Assembly: GCA_963981015.1 (NCBI GenBank)
Contig: CAXCCG010000005.1
Location: 726-64,725 of the forward strand
Source of the DNA: an uncultured Gammaproteobacteria bacterium
GTDB taxonomy: Bacteria > Pseudomonadota > Gammaproteobacteria > GCF-002020875
Length of the DNA: 64,000 nucleotides
Direction: 5' to 3'
Part shown: in pieces, positions 1-11,948 of the stretch
Layout of the letters: every line of letters begins with the position of its first letter
Position numbering within the stretch: the stretch's first letter is position 1
Program-made: the position numbers and the translations under genes
The notes under the pieces: model-generated
What the model was told of the DNA's origin: nothing
The model's input: only the letters and a program-made list of their open reading frames with translations
Databases searched by the model: none

Positions 1-500
1 GTTTTGAGCATCAGGCAGCACGATCTCTGCAGGAGCGAATTGAGCGTGAAGGAATGGAAGATTCTTTTGGCGAGATTCTGGTGCCTTGTGAAGAGGTTGT
101 TGAAATGCGCCCTGATGGCAAGAAGCGCAAGAGTGAACGTAAATTCTTCCCTGGCTATGTTCTGGTACAGATGGAGATGGAGGATCGCGCCTGGCACCTG
201 GTGAAGGATGTGCCCAAAGTAATGGGTTTCATTGGTGGTACAGTTGATCGTCCTGCACCGATCAGTGATAAAGAGGCAGAGAATATTCTGCAGCGCATTC
301 AGGATGGTATCGAGAAGCCACGTCCCAAGGTACTTTATGAGGTAGGCGAAATGGTGCGTGTTATTGATGGCCCTTTTGCGGACTTTAATGGCGTGGTCGA
401 AGAGGTTAACTACGAAAAGAACAAGCTGACGGTATCAGTACAGGTGTTTGGACGTTCTACCCCGGTAGAACTAGACTTCGGTCAGGTATCCAAAGGTTAA
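1..500 (+). CDS. nusG: Transcription termination/antitermination factor NusG; the 5' end lies upstream of the window
   Basis: Frame 3 is open from base 3. The translation [28 protein letters not shown]...[17 protein letters not shown]...[13 protein letters not shown] (KOW region) aligns with E. coli NusG from about residue 20 to the C terminus. The M at 54 is internal. rplK follows, as in the nusG-rplKAJL cluster. Confidence 0.95.
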   Translation, partial: FEHQAARSLQERIEREGMEDSFGEILVPCEEVVEMRPDGKKRKSERKFFPGYVLVQMEMEDRAWHLVKDVPKVMGFIGGTVDRPAPISDKEAENILQRIQDGIEKPRPKVLYEVGEMVRVIDGPFADFNGVVEEVNYEKNKLTVSVQVFGRSTPVELDFGQVSKG

Positions 501-523
501 GTAATCGATAGAATTAAATAGAG

Positions 524-551
524 CAGCATCTTATGCCAAAGATGCTGTTTT
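524..551 (+). terminator. Hairpin plus T-run after nusG (intrinsic terminator or attenuator)
   Basis: A 9-bp stem pairs cagcatctt (524-532) with aagatgctg (539-547). The loop is atgcca (6 nt) and tttt follows at 548-551. It begins 24 nt after the nusG stop. Confidence 0.6.
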
Positions 552-617
552 GGTGCAACGGGGAGCTGGCTGGTCGCAGGATTACAGCAGTGCTTGAACC
601 CATTCAGGAGTAAAATC

Positions 618-1046
618 ATGGCAAAGAAGATTCAAGCCTACATCAAGCTGCAGGTATCTGCAGGCGAGGCTAACCCAAGTCCACCTGTCGGCCCGGCTTT
701 GGGGCAGCACGGTGTGAATATCATGGAGTTCTGTAAGGCGTTTAATGCGGCTACGCAGAGTATGGAAAAGGGGATGCCAATCCCCGTTGTGATCACTGTT
801 TATAATGATCGCAGCTTTACTTATATTACCAAGACCCCTCCAGCCTCCATTCTGTTGAAGAAGGCTGCAGGCATTAAATCAGGTAGTGCTGAACCTAATC
901 TGGTTAAGGTGGGGACTGTTAGCCGTGCGCAACTCGAAGAGATTGCGACCACCAAAATGGCTGATCTCAATGCCAACGATATGGATGCAGCGGTTCGTAT
1001 CATTGCAGGCAGTGCGCGTAGCATGGGCCTGAACGTGGAGGATTAA
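618..1046 (+). CDS. rplK: 50S ribosomal protein L11
   Basis: [43 protein letters not shown] is the canonical L11 N terminus. The ATG at 618 is preceded by caggag (604-609). The ORF-track start at 594 adds 8 non-homologous residues. Confidence 0.97.
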   Translation: MAKKIQAYIKLQVSAGEANPSPPVGPALGQHGVNIMEFCKAFNAATQSMEKGMPIPVVITVYNDRSFTYITKTPPASILLKKAAGIKSGSAEPNLVKVGTVSRAQLEEIATTKMADLNANDMDAAVRIIAGSARSMGLNVED

Positions 1047-1049
1047 GAG

Positions 1050-1748
1050 ATGGCAAAAATGACAAAACGGGCAAAGGCAATTGCCGAAAAAGTAGAGCTT
1101 GGTAAGCAGTATGATCCTGCTGAGGCGTTTGCGCTTCTGAGTGAGCTATCTAAGGTGAAATTTGGTGAGTCTGTCGATGTGAGTATCAATCTGGGTGTTG
1201 ATCCTCGTAAATCTGACCAGGTAGTACGTGGCTCTACAGTTTTGCCAAACGGTACCGGTAAAACAGTACGTGTTGCAGTATTCACACAGGGTGCCAATGC
1301 CGATGCAGCTAAAGAGGCGGGTGCAGATATAGTCGGCATGGATGATCTGGCGGAGACCATTAAAGGTGGAGATCTCAACTTTGATGTTGTGATTGCCTCT
1401 CCGGATGCAATGGGTGTTGTTGGCAGACTAGGCCAGATTCTGGGGCCTCGTGGTCTGATGCCGAACCCCAAGGTAGGTACGGTCTCTCCTGATGTTGCTG
1501 GTGCAGTGAAAAATGCCAAATCTGGTCAGGTGCGTTACCGTACCGACAAGGCCGGTATTATTCATTGTTCACTGGGTAAGGCTGACTTCTCTCCAGAGCA
1601 GTTGATCGGTAATCTACAGGCGCTGTTGCTGGATCTGAATAAGAAGAAGCCAAGTGCTGCCAAAGGTGTGTACCTGAAGAAGGTGACCGTCTCTACAACG
1701 ATGGGACCTGGATTGGCTCTGGATCAGAGTACGCTGGAAGTTAAATAA
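1050..1748 (+). CDS. rplA: 50S ribosomal protein L1
   Basis: 232-aa ORF containing [20 protein letters not shown] and [14 protein letters not shown], typical of L1. It starts 3 nt after the rplK stop. Confidence 0.97.
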   Translation: MAKMTKRAKAIAEKVELGKQYDPAEAFALLSELSKVKFGESVDVSINLGVDPRKSDQVVRGSTVLPNGTGKTVRVAVFTQGANADAAKEAGADIVGMDDLAETIKGGDLNFDVVIASPDAMGVVGRLGQILGPRGLMPNPKVGTVSPDVAGAVKNAKSGQVRYRTDKAGIIHCSLGKADFSPEQLIGNLQALLLDLNKKKPSAAKGVYLKKVTVSTTMGPGLALDQSTLEVK

Positions 1749-2010
1749 TCCAGTCAATAGACTTTGCACTGTTGGTGTTTGTTAAAGACCAATAGTCGTC
1801 AAAGACCGTGGGTGCCCTGAAGTCAGGGTTTAATGTTTGCTGGTTGCAAACGCCGACGCAGACGGTGTGAACAGATAATTGAATTATTGCTGTTGTGCCG
1901 TGGGTGAGTGAGCTACTGAGCTGTTGAGTTGTATTGGGTAGTGAACTCTTGGGCGCGTTTTGCGCGATGAGGGTGGGGTAACTCACTCTTAGATGTAAGG
2001 AGATAAGTAC
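1749..2010 (+). promoter_or_regulatory. Untranslated rplJ leader, the probable L10(L12)4 autoregulatory leader region
   Basis: A 262-nt non-coding gap lies between rplA and rplJ, where enterobacteria carry the long structured L10 leader. Only spurious antisense ORFs occur here. The assignment rests on position alone; I did not verify any structure. Confidence 0.4.
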
Positions 2011-2538
2011 GTGGCATTGAATCTTGAACAGAAGAAAGCCGTCGTCGCAGAGGTGAGTGAAATCGCATCGACTGCACTCTCCGTTGTTGCGGCTGAGTAT
2101 CGTGGACTCACCGTGGAAGAGCTAACCGAGCTGCGAATCAAGTCTCGTGAAGCCGGAGTGCAAATCAGAGTGGTTAAAAACTCCCTGGCACGCCGCGCCT
2201 TCGAAGAGAGTAGTTTTGCATGCATGAATGTGACGTTAGTTGGGCCGATGATTCTGGGCTTCTCACAAGAAGATCCAGGCGGTGCAGCGCGCGTCATGGA
2301 GTCGTTTGCAAAGGAGCATGACAAATTGATTGTCAAGTCGCTCTCTTTGGGTGACACCGTGTTAGATGCTTCCCAGTTGGGTGCTGTTGCTAACTTGCCG
2401 ACTCGTGATCAGGCCATCTCTATGTTGATGAGCGTGATGAAGGCACCAGTCGAGAAGTTGGTTCGTACCCTGGCTGAGCCACATGCGAAGCTGGTTCGTA
2501 CTGTTGCCGCAGTGCGTGATGCGAAAGAGGCAGCGTAA
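2011..2538 (+). CDS. rplJ: 50S ribosomal protein L10
   Basis: GTG start at 2011 with aaggag at 1997-2002. The translation ALNLEQKKAVVAEV...YRGLTVEELTELR is L10-like, and the gene sits between rplA and rplL. Confidence 0.95.
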   Translation: MALNLEQKKAVVAEVSEIASTALSVVAAEYRGLTVEELTELRIKSREAGVQIRVVKNSLARRAFEESSFACMNVTLVGPMILGFSQEDPGGAARVMESFAKEHDKLIVKSLSLGDTVLDASQLGAVANLPTRDQAISMLMSVMKAPVEKLVRTLAEPHAKLVRTVAAVRDAKEAA

Positions 2539-2648
2539 CAACGATTGAGTTCATCATGTGAACAGCATGGTGGGATGAACTGAAAATTGTCGTCAAAGAT
2601 GATGATTTAAGACACACAGTAATTTTATATTTTTAGGAGTAATTCAAA

Positions 2649-3026
2649 ATGGCAGTAACAAAAGACGATATCCTGGAAGCCATTTCCAATATGAGTGTTA
2701 TGGAAGTTGTTGAGCTGATCTCTGATATGGAAGAGAAGTTCGGCGTATCAGCAGCTGCAGCAGTAGCCGTAGCGGCAGCTCCAGCTGGCGACGCTGGCGG
2801 TGCAGCAGAAGAGCAGACTGAGTTTGACGTTGTTCTGACTAGTTTCGGTGATGCCAAGGTTGGTGTGATCAAGGCTGTCCGTGCTGCAACAGGCCTGGGT
2901 CTGAAAGAGGCGAAGGCTCTGGTTGAGTCTGCACCGGCTCCTGTTAAGGAGGCAGTCTCTAAGGACGAGGCTGAAGCTCTTAAGACGCAGCTGGAAGAGG
3001 CTGGCGCATCTGTTGAGGTCAAGTAA
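2649..3026 (+). CDS. rplL: 50S ribosomal protein L7/L12
   Basis: 125 aa with an Ala-rich hinge and the C-terminal domain [51 protein letters not shown]. Confidence 0.98.
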   Translation: MAVTKDDILEAISNMSVMEVVELISDMEEKFGVSAAAAVAVAAAPAGDAGGAAEEQTEFDVVLTSFGDAKVGVIKAVRAATGLGLKEAKALVESAPAPVKEAVSKDEAEALKTQLEEAGASVEVK

Positions 3027-3066
3027 GCTGACTTTTTCAGTCGCATCGCAAGAATGCGATCTGGCT

Positions 3067-3105
3067 GGCGGCCTAGGTATATCCTAAGGGCCGCCGGCCT
3101 TTTTG
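3067..3105 (+). terminator. rplL-rpoB intercistronic hairpin plus T-run (partial terminator/attenuator)
   Basis: ggcggcctagg (3067-3077) pairs with cctaagggccgcc (3082-3094), and ggcctttttg follows. E. coli has an attenuator at this position. A smaller hairpin tcgcat/atgcga sits at about 3043-3061. Confidence 0.7.
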
Positions 3106-3213
3106 CGCTGTTAGAGACAGGTATTTTTAGACTGTTGCAACAGCGTGTGACAAGTTTTCGTGGGACAGGATTCGCCTGTTTCGCAACATTTTATTAGATG
3201 ATAGAGGGTTCCA

Positions 3214-6200
3214 ATGGCATACGCTTTTACTGAAAAGAAGAGAATTCGCAAGAGTTTTGGTAAACGTCCCGATGTGATGGAGGTGCCTTATCTGTTGGCC
3301 ATCCAGCTCGACTCATTCCGTGACTTCCTACAACATGGCGTGGTGATGGAAGATCGTAAGAGTACAGGTCTACAGGCAGCTTTTAACTCCATTTTCCCGA
3401 TCGAGGCCTACTCGGGCAGTGCGGCTCTTGAGTATGTAAGCTACCGTTTGGGAACCCCGGCATTTGATGTGCAGGAGTGCCAACAGCGTGGGATGACCTA
3501 TGCGGCACCGCTACGGGTCAAAGTGCGCTTGGTGATCTATGACAAGAACTCCAAGAATAAGGTTGTAAAAGATATCAAAGAGCAAGAGGTCTATATGGGA
3601 GATATTCCATTGATGACCGACAATGGTACTTTTGTGGTGAATGGAACGGAGCGGGTTATCGTTTCGCAGCTCCACCGTTCTCCAGGTGTGTTTTTTGAGC
3701 ATGATAAAGGCAAGACCCACTCCTCCGGGAAGTTGCTGTTTTCAGCACGTGTTATTCCTTATCGCGGTTCTTGGCTTGATTTTGAATTTGATCACAAGGA
3801 TCTGCTTTACGTCCGTATTGACCGCCGTAGAAAGCTTCCAGCTACGATTCTGCTGCGTGCTCTGGGTTTTGCTGAGCAGGAGATTCTCAACACCTTTTTC
3901 GAGATGGAGCGTTTTACCTGTAACAAAGAGAGTATTCGTTATGAGGCGGTTCCAGAGCGGTTGCGTGGAGAAATGGCCAACTTTGACATTCATGCAAATG
4001 GCAAGGTTCTGGTAGAGTCAGGACGTCGCATTACTGCACGCCATATTCGCGAGATGGAGAAGGCAGACGTTAACTCTCTGGATGCCCCTACAGAATTTGT
4101 GGTTGGGCGTACCTTGGGCCACGATCTGGTCGATACCGATACGGGGGAGTTGATCGCAGCAGCCAATGATGAAATAACGGAGGAGTTGTTGGCGCAGATT
4201 CTTGAGGCTGGTGTTACAGAGTTTCACACACTTTATGTGAATGAGCTGGATCGTGGTGGTTATATCTCCGATACATTGAGAAATGATTCAACAGGAAGCA
4301 AGTTAGAGGCTCAGGTTGAGATCTATCGCATGATGCGTCCTGGTGAGCCACCTACCCAGGAGTCAGCAGAGAATCTATTTCACAGTCTGTTCTTTACAAT
4401 GGATCGTTATGACCTCTCAGCCGTTGGCAGGATGAAGTTTAACCGCCGTCTTTCAAGAGAAGAGCTGACGGGTGAAGGGATACTCTCTAACGAAGATATT
4501 GTTGATGTTATGAAAACCTTGATCAATATCAAAGATGGTCATGGATTGGTTGATGATATCGATAACCTCGGTAACCGACGTATTCGTAGTGTTGGGGAGA
4601 TGGCTGAGAACCAGTTCCGTATCGGTTTAGTAAGAGTGGAACGCGCCGTTAAGGAGCGTCTCAATATTGCCGAGTCTGAGGGGTTGATGCCACAAGAGCT
4701 GATTAATGCGAAGCCAATTTCTGCTGCAATCAAAGAGTTCTTTGGTTCCAGTCAGCTCTCGCAGTTTATGGATCAGGTTAACCCGCTTTCAGAGGTTACC
4801 CACAAACGTCGTATCTCGGCATTGGGACCCGGTGGCTTGACTCGCGAACGTGCAGGCTTTGAGGTGCGCGATGTCCACCCAACCCATTATGGTCGAGTCT
4901 GTCCGATTGAGACCCCTGAAGGACCAAATATTGGTCTGATCAATACCTTGGCAGTCTATGCGCGTACCAACAATTACGGTTTTCTGGAGACACCTTACAG
5001 GAAGGTGAACGATGGTCTGGTCACTGATGAGATTGTTTATCTCTCTGCCTATGATGAGATCAACTACCATATCGCACAAGCGAGTGCGAATACCGATGAG
5101 GATGGCAATCTGATTGATGACTTGCTCTCTTGTCGTTACCAGAACGAATTCACCATGGCTACGCCGGATGTGATCGAGTATATGGATGTCTCGCCACGTC
5201 AAATTGTCTCTGTGGCGGCCTCGTTGATTCCGTTCCTTGAACACGATGATGCAAACCGCGCCTTGATGGGGGCGAATATGCAGCGTCAGGCAGTTCCAAC
5301 CATGCGTGCTGAGAAACCGCTCGTGGGGACCGGTATCGAACGTGATGTTGCGATTGACTCCGGTGTTGCGGTTGTTTCCAAACGAGGTGGTGTGGTCGAT
5401 TTCGTTGATGGCAGCCGTATTGTCGTTCGTGTCAATGATGATGAGACGGCTGCAGGTGAATCGGGTGTTGATATTTATAATATGACCAAATATACCCGCT
5501 CGAACCAGAATACCTGCATTAATCAGCGTCCATTGGTGACCCCCGGTGATTTGATTGCTCGTGGTGATGTATTGGCCGATGGACCCTCTACAGATATGGG
5601 TGAGTTGGCACTGGGTCAAAATCTGACAGTTGCTTTCATGCCATGGAATGGATACAACTTTGAGGATTCAATCCTTATCTCTGAGCGTGTTGTCGAAGAG
5701 GATCGTTACACTACGATCCATATCGAAGAACTTACCTGTATGGCGCGTGATACCAAGCTTGGGCCTGAAGAGATCACTGCAGATATCCCGAATGTGGGTG
5801 AGTCTGCGCTGGGCCGTCTGGATGAGTCGGGTATTGTCTATATCGGTGCTGAAGTAAGCCCGGGAGATATTCTAGTCGGCAAGGTAACACCTAAAGGTGA
5901 AACTCAGCTGACACCGGAAGAGAAACTGCTGCGTGCCATCTTTGGTGAGAAGGCCTCAGATGTGAAAGATACCTCGCTACGTGCAAAATCTTCAATGGCC
6001 GGAACCGTGGTGGACGTACGAATATTTACCCGTGACGGAATCAAGAAAGATAAACGCTCCCTCGATATTGAACAGCTTGAGTTGGATGATGTCCGTAAGG
6101 ATCTCAATTCACGTCAGCGAATTATTGAAGAGGATATCTTCCAGCGTCTGGAGAAATTGCTGGTTGGTAAAGTAGTTGATGGTGGTCCGGGTAATATTAA

Positions 6201-7287
6201 AGCGGGCGATAAGGTGACTAAGAGTTATCTGACCGAACTCAGGCGTGATATCTGGTTTGAGTTACGGATGCGCAATGAGGAGGTCAATGAGCAGTTGGAA
6301 CTCTCTCATGGGCAGCTTAAGCAGCAACGTGAAGAGATCGAAAAGGTCTACGAAGAGAAGAAGGGCAAGATTACTGGAGGTGACGATCTGGCACCGGGTG
6401 TTCAGAAGATGGTTAAGGTCTATGTCGCGGTTAAGCGTCGTATTCAGCCTGGAGACAAGATGGCGGGTCGTCACGGAAACAAGGGTGTAATTTCACGTAT
6501 TGTTCCTGTTGAGGATATGCCTCACCGTGATGATGGTACTCCGGTTGACATCGTGTTGAACCCCTTGGGCGTACCTTCGCGTATGAATATCGGGCAGGTA
6601 CTAGAGGTTCATTTGGGTTGGGCAGCTAAAGGGCTTGGCATCAAGATTGCCGGTATGCTCGATAGTGGTAGTGATGTAGTAAGCATGCGTAGTTTCCTAG
6701 ATGAAGTTTACAATGATAGCGGTAAACGGGAAGACCTTGACTCTCTAAGTGATGATGAGGTCATGGAGATGGCCAATAATCTGCGCCGTGGTGTACCTAT
6801 GGCGACTCCGGCGTTTGATGGTGCGCATGAGAAAGAGATTAAGCGCATGTTAACTCTGGCCGACCTTCCTGAAACAGGTCAGACCACGCTGTATGATGGC
6901 CGCACCGGTGAGTCATTTGATCGACAGGTAACGGTGGGTGTGATGCATATCATCAAGCTCAACCATCTGGTTGCGGACAAGATGCATGCACGTTCCACTG
7001 GTCCATACAGTTTAGTGACTCAGCAGCCACTTGGCGGTAAAGCGCAGTTCGGCGGACAGCGCTTTGGTGAGATGGAGGTGTGGGCACTGGAAGCTTATGG
7101 AGCATCCCATGTGCTGCAAGAGATGTTGACCGTGAAGTCAGACGATGTGACGGGTCGTACCCGTATGTATAAAAATATTGTCGATGGCGACCACCGGATC
7201 GAGGCAGGAATGCCTGAGTCCTTCAACGTGTTGTTGAAAGAGATCCGTTCACTGGCGATTGATATTGACCTGGAGCAGGTGAACTAA
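3214..7287 (+). CDS. rpoB: DNA-directed RNA polymerase subunit beta
   Basis: 1357-aa ORF with the N terminus [17 protein letters not shown] and the motifs [17 protein letters not shown] and [16 protein letters not shown]. Confidence 0.99.
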   Translation: MAYAFTEKKRIRKSFGKRPDVMEVPYLLAIQLDSFRDFLQHGVVMEDRKSTGLQAAFNSIFPIEAYSGSAALEYVSYRLGTPAFDVQECQQRGMTYAAPLRVKVRLVIYDKNSKNKVVKDIKEQEVYMGDIPLMTDNGTFVVNGTERVIVSQLHRSPGVFFEHDKGKTHSSGKLLFSARVIPYRGSWLDFEFDHKDLLYVRIDRRRKLPATILLRALGFAEQEILNTFFEMERFTCNKESIRYEAVPERLRGEMANFDIHANGKVLVESGRRITARHIREMEKADVNSLDAPTEFVVGRTLGHDLVDTDTGELIAAANDEITEELLAQILEAGVTEFHTLYVNELDRGGYISDTLRNDSTGSKLEAQVEIYRMMRPGEPPTQESAENLFHSLFFTMDRYDLSAVGRMKFNRRLSREELTGEGILSNEDIVDVMKTLINIKDGHGLVDDIDNLGNRRIRSVGEMAENQFRIGLVRVERAVKERLNIAESEGLMPQELINAKPISAAIKEFFGSSQLSQFMDQVNPLSEVTHKRRISALGPGGLTRERAGFEVRDVHPTHYGRVCPIETPEGPNIGLINTLAVYARTNNYGFLETPYRKVNDGLVTDEIVYLSAYDEINYHIAQASANTDEDGNLIDDLLSCRYQNEFTMATPDVIEYMDVSPRQIVSVAASLIPFLEHDDANRALMGANMQRQAVPTMRAEKPLVGTGIERDVAIDSGVAVVSKRGGVVDFVDGSRIVVRVNDDETAAGESGVDIYNMTKYTRSNQNTCINQRPLVTPGDLIARGDVLADGPSTDMGELALGQNLTVAFMPWNGYNFEDSILISERVVEEDRYTTIHIEELTCMARDTKLGPEEITADIPNVGESALGRLDESGIVYIGAEVSPGDILVGKVTPKGETQLTPEEKLLRAIFGEKASDVKDTSLRAKSSMAGTVVDVRIFTRDGIKKDKRSLDIEQLELDDVRKDLNSRQRIIEEDIFQRLEKLLVGKVVDGGPGNIKAGDKVTKSYLTELRRDIWFELRMRNEEVNEQLELSHGQLKQQREEIEKVYEEKKGKITGGDDLAPGVQKMVKVYVAVKRRIQPGDKMAGRHGNKGVISRIVPVEDMPHRDDGTPVDIVLNPLGVPSRMNIGQVLEVHLGWAAKGLGIKIAGMLDSGSDVVSMRSFLDEVYNDSGKREDLDSLSDDEVMEMANNLRRGVPMATPAFDGAHEKEIKRMLTLADLPETGQTTLYDGRTGESFDRQVTVGVMHIIKLNHLVADKMHARSTGPYSLVTQQPLGGKAQFGGQRFGEMEVWALEAYGASHVLQEMLTVKSDDVTGRTRMYKNIVDGDHRIEAGMPESFNVLLKEIRSLAIDIDLEQVN

Positions 7288-7336
7288 GCGTACTGCGCAT
7301 AGTCCGTTCACTGTTTCATTAGGAGATTAAAAAAGA

Positions 7337-10300
7337 ATGAAAGACCTACTCAATTTTTTGAAGGCTCAGCAAGAGACTGAAGACTTTGACGCCATCCGTA
7401 TCGGTCTGGCGGCCCCTGAGAAGATCCGTTCCTGGTCATTTGGTGAGGTCAAGAAGCCAGAGACCATTAACTACCGTACCTTTAAACCAGAGCGTGATGG
7501 CCTCTTTTGTGCCAAGATCTTTGGTCCGATCAAGGATTATGAGTGCCTCTGTGGTAAATACAAGCGTCTCAAACACCGTGGTGTAATTTGTGAGAAGTGT
7601 GGAGTGGAAGTGACGCTCTCCAAGGTGCGCCGTGAGCGCATGGGTCACATTGATCTGGCGAGTCCGGTAGCCCATATCTGGTATCTGCGTTCCTTGCCGT
7701 CACGTCTTGGTATGTTGCTCGATATCTCACTGAAGAACATTGAGCGTGTACTCTATTTCGAATCATTCATTGTGATTGAGCCGGGCTTGACCGATCTGGA
7801 GCGTGGACAGTTGTTGACCGATGATACCTACCTCGATGCAATTGAAGAGTGGGGTGATGAGTTTGATGCACGCATGGGTGCTGAGGCAATTGACCAACTG
7901 ATTCGTGGTATGGATCTGCAGGTGATTTCTGCACAGCTACATGAAGAGCTGGCTGCGACCAAATCTGAAGCGAAGACCAAAAAGCTCTCCAAACGACTGA
8001 AGTTGATTGAGGGGTTCCTTGAGTCCGGTAACAAACCGGAGTGGATGCTGCTGCGCGTTCTGCCGGTGCTGCCACCAGAGTTGCGCCCATTGGTTCCTCT
8101 GGAGGGTGGTCGTTTTGCGACCTCTGACCTGAATGATCTTTACCGTCGTGTGATCAACCGTAATAACCGGCTGAAGCGCCTGTTGGATCTTGCTGCGCCA
8201 GACATTATTGTGCGTAATGAGAAGCGTATGTTGCAGGAGTCTGTAGATGCGCTGATGGATAATGGTCGTCGTGGTCGTGCGGTAACCGGTACCAACAAGC
8301 GTCCGCTGAAGTCTTTGGCTGATATGATCAAAGGTAAACAGGGTCGTTTCCGTCAGAACCTGCTTGGCAAACGTGTGGACTACTCTGGTCGTTCAGTTAT
8401 CGTAGTCGGCCCTACCTTGAAACTACACCAGTGTGGTTTGCCGAAAGCGATGGCATTGGAGCTGTTCAAGCCCTTCATCTTTGGTAAATTGCAGTTACGT
8501 GGTTTGGCGACTACGATCAAGGCTGCGAAGAAGATGGTAGAGCGTGAAGAGCCTGTGGTTTGGGATATTCTCGATGATGTGATCCGTGAACATCCGGTCA
8601 TGTTGAATCGTGCACCTACACTGCACAGGCTCGGTATTCAGGCTTTTGAACCAGTACTGATTGAGGGTAAGGCGATACAGCTGCATCCACTGGTCTGTAC
8701 TGCATTCAATGCAGATTTTGATGGTGATCAGATGGCGGTCCATGTGCCACTCTCTATTGAGGCGCAACTGGAAGCTCGTACTTTGATGTTGGCGAGCAAC
8801 AACGTATTGCATCCCGCAAATGGTGAACCGATTATTGTTCCGACCCAGGATGTGGTTCTCGGTCTCTACTATATGACCCGTGAGAGTATTAATGCCAAGG
8901 GTGAAGGGATGATGTTTTCCGGTGTCAACGAGGTGCGCCGTGCTTATGAGAGCAAAATTGTGGGTATCCATGCCAAGGTCCAGGTACGCATCAATGATAG
9001 CGGAGTCAATGATGAGGGTGAGATTGAATATCTTACGCAACGGGTCTCTACGACTGTAGGGCGTGCCTTACTTTCTGAGGTTCTGCCTGAAGGGCTTCCC
9101 TTTGCTGAGATCAACAAGACGTTGACTAAAAAAGTGGTCACCAGTCTGGTCGATGTCTGCTATCGTACTTTGGGGCTGAAAAGTACAGTGGTCTTTGCGG
9201 ACCGTCTGATGTATACCGGGTTTGAGAATTCAACCCGCGCAGGCGTCTCATTCGGTGCAGATGACATGATTATCCCCGAGGATAAGGAAAAAATTCTAAT
9301 TGCAGCCGAGTCTGAGGTCAAAGAAATTCAGAACCAATACTCTACAGGTTTGGTGACAAATGGTGAGCGCTATAACAAGGTTGTGGATATCTGGACACAT
9401 GCCAATGATCAGGTTGCGAAAGCGATGATGGACAAGATCGGTAGTGAAGAGGTGGTTGACGCTGAAGGGAATACCGTTTTGCAGGACTCGTTTAACTCTG
9501 TTTTCATGATGGCAGACTCAGGTGCCCGTGGTTCTGCTGCACAGATTCGTCAGTTAGCTGGTATGCGTGGTCTGATGGCGAAGCCGGATGGTTCAATCAT
9601 TGAGACACCCATTACAGCGAATTTTCGTGAGGGATTGAATGTACTGCAGTACTTCATCTCAACGCACGGAGCACGTAAAGGCCTTGCGGATACAGCTTTG
9701 AAGACCGCAAACTCAGGTTATCTAACCCGTCGTCTGGTTGATGTCTCTCAAGATTTGGTTGTTACAGAGCGTGACTGTGGCACTACAGGTGGTGTATTGA
9801 TGCAGACGTTGATTGAGGGTGGTGATGTAATTGAACCACTTCGTGAACGTGTTCTGGGTCGTGTAACTGCTGAGAATGTAGTGAAACCCGGAACCGATGA
9901 TCTGCTCATTCCTGTTAACACTTTGATTGATGAGAAGATTGCAGACTACCTTGAAGGTAGTAGTGTTGATCAGATGCGTGTTCGCTCGATCATTACCTGT
10001 GAGACACGTGACGGTGTCTGTGCGCAGTGTTACGGACGTGACTTGGCGCGTGGAGATCTGATCAGTCAGGGCGAGGCAGTTGGCGTGATTGCAGCTCAGT
10101 CAATCGGTGAGCCGGGTACGCAGTTAACGATGCGTACCTTCCATATTGGTGGTGCGGCATCACGTGCAGCAGCAGATAATAGTGTTGATGTCAATAATAC
10201 CGGTACGGTTCATTTGCATAATGTGCGTTCAGTCGTCCATGCGGACGGTCATCAGGTTGCGGTCTCACGTTCGGGTGAGATTGCAGTTGTAGATGAGACA

Positions 10301-11617
10301 GGGCGTGAGCGTGAGCGTTATAAGATCCCATACGGTGCAGAGATTAGAGTCAATGAGAGTGAGCATGTCGATGCTGGACAGACCGTTGTCACTTGGGACC
10401 CACATACTCACCCGGTTGTTACTGAGGTAGGTGGTACGGTTCGATTCAACTATTTTGTAGATGGTGTCTCTTTCCGTAAAGAGACGGATGAGGTCACAGG
10501 CTTAAGTAGTGTTGTAGTGACTGACTCTAAACAGCGTGCTGTGGGTGAGCAGACGGTTATTGTTACAGATGGTAAGGGGCAGCAGCATGAAGAGGTGGTG
10601 GGTAATCGTGACCTGCGCCCTATGGTCATGTTGGTCGATACGCAGGGTAATGAGATTATGATTCCTGGCACCAGCGTACCTGCACAGTACTTCCTGCCTG
10701 CTGGAGCGATTGTTACGGTTGAGGATGGTGCGGAAGTGGGCGTGGGTGATGTTATGGCCCGTATTCCACAGGAGGCGGGTAAGACACGCGATATTACGGG
10801 TGGTCTACCTCGTGTAGCAGACTTGTTTGAGGCCCGCAAACCAAAAGAGCCGGCGGTTATGGCGGAGCAGACCGGCACAATCACCTTCGGTAAAGAGACT
10901 AAAGGTAAACAGCGAGTGGTGATCATCGGTGAAAATGGTGAACAAACTGAAACTTTGATTCCAAAATTCCGTCATGTCACCGTATTCGAGGGTGAGCATG
11001 TTGAGAAGGGTGAAGTTATTGTAGATGGTGCACCAGATCCACATGATATTCTTCGCCTCAAAGGGATTCCTGAGTTGGCGCGTTATATCAATAATGAGGT
11101 TCAGGATGTCTATCGTCTACAGGGTGTGGGCATTAATGACAAGCATATTGAGTGTATCGTGCGCCAGATGTTGCGTCGTGTTGTCATTATTCATCCGGGA
11201 GATACCAAATTCCTCCAGGGTGAACAGGTAGAGCGTGCTCGCATGTTAGATGAGAATGACCGAGTCAATGGTCAGGGCAAAATGCCTTGTTCCTATGAAA
11301 ATGTCCTGTTGGGTATCACTAAGGCATCTCTGGCAACGGACTCATTTGTTTCTGCAGCCTCTTTCCAGGAGACGACTCGAGTGTTGACGGAGGCCTCGGT
11401 CACCGGTAAGAGTGATGATCTTCGCGGCCTGAAAGAGAACGTGATTGTAGGTCGTTTGATTCCTGCAGGGACGGGGCTGGCCTATCATAAGCAGCGTCGG
11501 CAGCGTCGTGGTCTGTTTACGAATGCAGAGCTGCTGAAGACAGTGGCTGGTGCTGAAGAGGCCGTTGTGGAAGAGATGGCTGTAGAAGCTGTTGTGGAAA
11601 CGCCTGCTGAGAAATAG
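7337..11617 (+). CDS. rpoC: DNA-directed RNA polymerase subunit beta'
   Basis: 1426-aa ORF with the zinc motif [23 protein letters not shown] and the catalytic [12 protein letters not shown]. Confidence 0.99.
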   Translation: MKDLLNFLKAQQETEDFDAIRIGLAAPEKIRSWSFGEVKKPETINYRTFKPERDGLFCAKIFGPIKDYECLCGKYKRLKHRGVICEKCGVEVTLSKVRRERMGHIDLASPVAHIWYLRSLPSRLGMLLDISLKNIERVLYFESFIVIEPGLTDLERGQLLTDDTYLDAIEEWGDEFDARMGAEAIDQLIRGMDLQVISAQLHEELAATKSEAKTKKLSKRLKLIEGFLESGNKPEWMLLRVLPVLPPELRPLVPLEGGRFATSDLNDLYRRVINRNNRLKRLLDLAAPDIIVRNEKRMLQESVDALMDNGRRGRAVTGTNKRPLKSLADMIKGKQGRFRQNLLGKRVDYSGRSVIVVGPTLKLHQCGLPKAMALELFKPFIFGKLQLRGLATTIKAAKKMVEREEPVVWDILDDVIREHPVMLNRAPTLHRLGIQAFEPVLIEGKAIQLHPLVCTAFNADFDGDQMAVHVPLSIEAQLEARTLMLASNNVLHPANGEPIIVPTQDVVLGLYYMTRESINAKGEGMMFSGVNEVRRAYESKIVGIHAKVQVRINDSGVNDEGEIEYLTQRVSTTVGRALLSEVLPEGLPFAEINKTLTKKVVTSLVDVCYRTLGLKSTVVFADRLMYTGFENSTRAGVSFGADDMIIPEDKEKILIAAESEVKEIQNQYSTGLVTNGERYNKVVDIWTHANDQVAKAMMDKIGSEEVVDAEGNTVLQDSFNSVFMMADSGARGSAAQIRQLAGMRGLMAKPDGSIIETPITANFREGLNVLQYFISTHGARKGLADTALKTANSGYLTRRLVDVSQDLVVTERDCGTTGGVLMQTLIEGGDVIEPLRERVLGRVTAENVVKPGTDDLLIPVNTLIDEKIADYLEGSSVDQMRVRSIITCETRDGVCAQCYGRDLARGDLISQGEAVGVIAAQSIGEPGTQLTMRTFHIGGAASRAAADNSVDVNNTGTVHLHNVRSVVHADGHQVAVSRSGEIAVVDETGRERERYKIPYGAEIRVNESEHVDAGQTVVTWDPHTHPVVTEVGGTVRFNYFVDGVSFRKETDEVTGLSSVVVTDSKQRAVGEQTVIVTDGKGQQHEEVVGNRDLRPMVMLVDTQGNEIMIPGTSVPAQYFLPAGAIVTVEDGAEVGVGDVMARIPQEAGKTRDITGGLPRVADLFEARKPKEPAVMAEQTGTITFGKETKGKQRVVIIGENGEQTETLIPKFRHVTVFEGEHVEKGEVIVDGAPDPHDILRLKGIPELARYINNEVQDVYRLQGVGINDKHIECIVRQMLRRVVIIHPGDTKFLQGEQVERARMLDENDRVNGQGKMPCSYENVLLGITKASLATDSFVSAASFQETTRVLTEASVTGKSDDLRGLKENVIVGRLIPAGTGLAYHKQRRQRRGLFTNAELLKTVAGAEEAVVEEMAVEAVVETPAEK

Positions 11618-11767
11618 GTGCTGTAAGGAACACCTCACACAGTTAGAGGCGCTCTGTAGAGAAGAGTGGCTGGAGAGTAAATACTGCTGTTGTGAGGTGT
11701 AGAAGGGGGGTGATGACGGTTTGACTCTTTGTTATGAAATTTTTTTCATAAAAAGAGAGAAAATCAG

Positions 11768-11796
11768 TTGACACTTATAGGTTACCCCCCTAGAAT
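11768..11796 (+). promoter_or_regulatory. Near-consensus sigma70 promoter, the probable str operon promoter
   Basis: TTGACA (11768-11773), an exact 17-nt spacer, then TAGAAT (11791-11796). An A/T-rich tract lies upstream (11732-11760). I saw no comparably good promoter between here and rpsL. Confidence 0.65.
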
Positions 11797-11900
11797 TCGC
11801 CTTCCTTATTACGAGGGTGAGTTTAGACTCAAAACGTAAACCGGCGATATTAAGTGATGTGAAGGTAGATGGTCGGGTCTGCCGAAATGAAATCGATGAG

Positions 11901-11934
11901 GATCGACTCCACCCAAACGGGGTCGGTCTTTTTT
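11901..11934 (+). terminator. Intrinsic terminator/attenuator inside the rpsL leader
   Basis: A continuous 10-bp stem pairs gatcgactcc (11901-11910) with ggggtcggtc (11919-11928), including two G-T pairs. The loop is acccaaac (8 nt) and T6 follows at 11929-11934. It lies about 100 nt downstream of the promoter and 125 nt upstream of the rpsL ATG. Confidence 0.6.
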
Positions 11935-11948
11935 GTCGCTTTTATATC

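Noticed and set aside
4789-5619. 276-aa ORF antisense to rpoB. Similar long antisense ORFs occur at 8495-9040 (rpoC), 10450-10926 (rpoC) and 1043-1519 (rplA).
   Set aside because: They lie entirely inside very highly conserved genes on the opposite strand. Their translations are low-complexity with no recognisable motifs, and none has an RBS. These are the usual shadow ORFs produced by codon bias on the coding strand.
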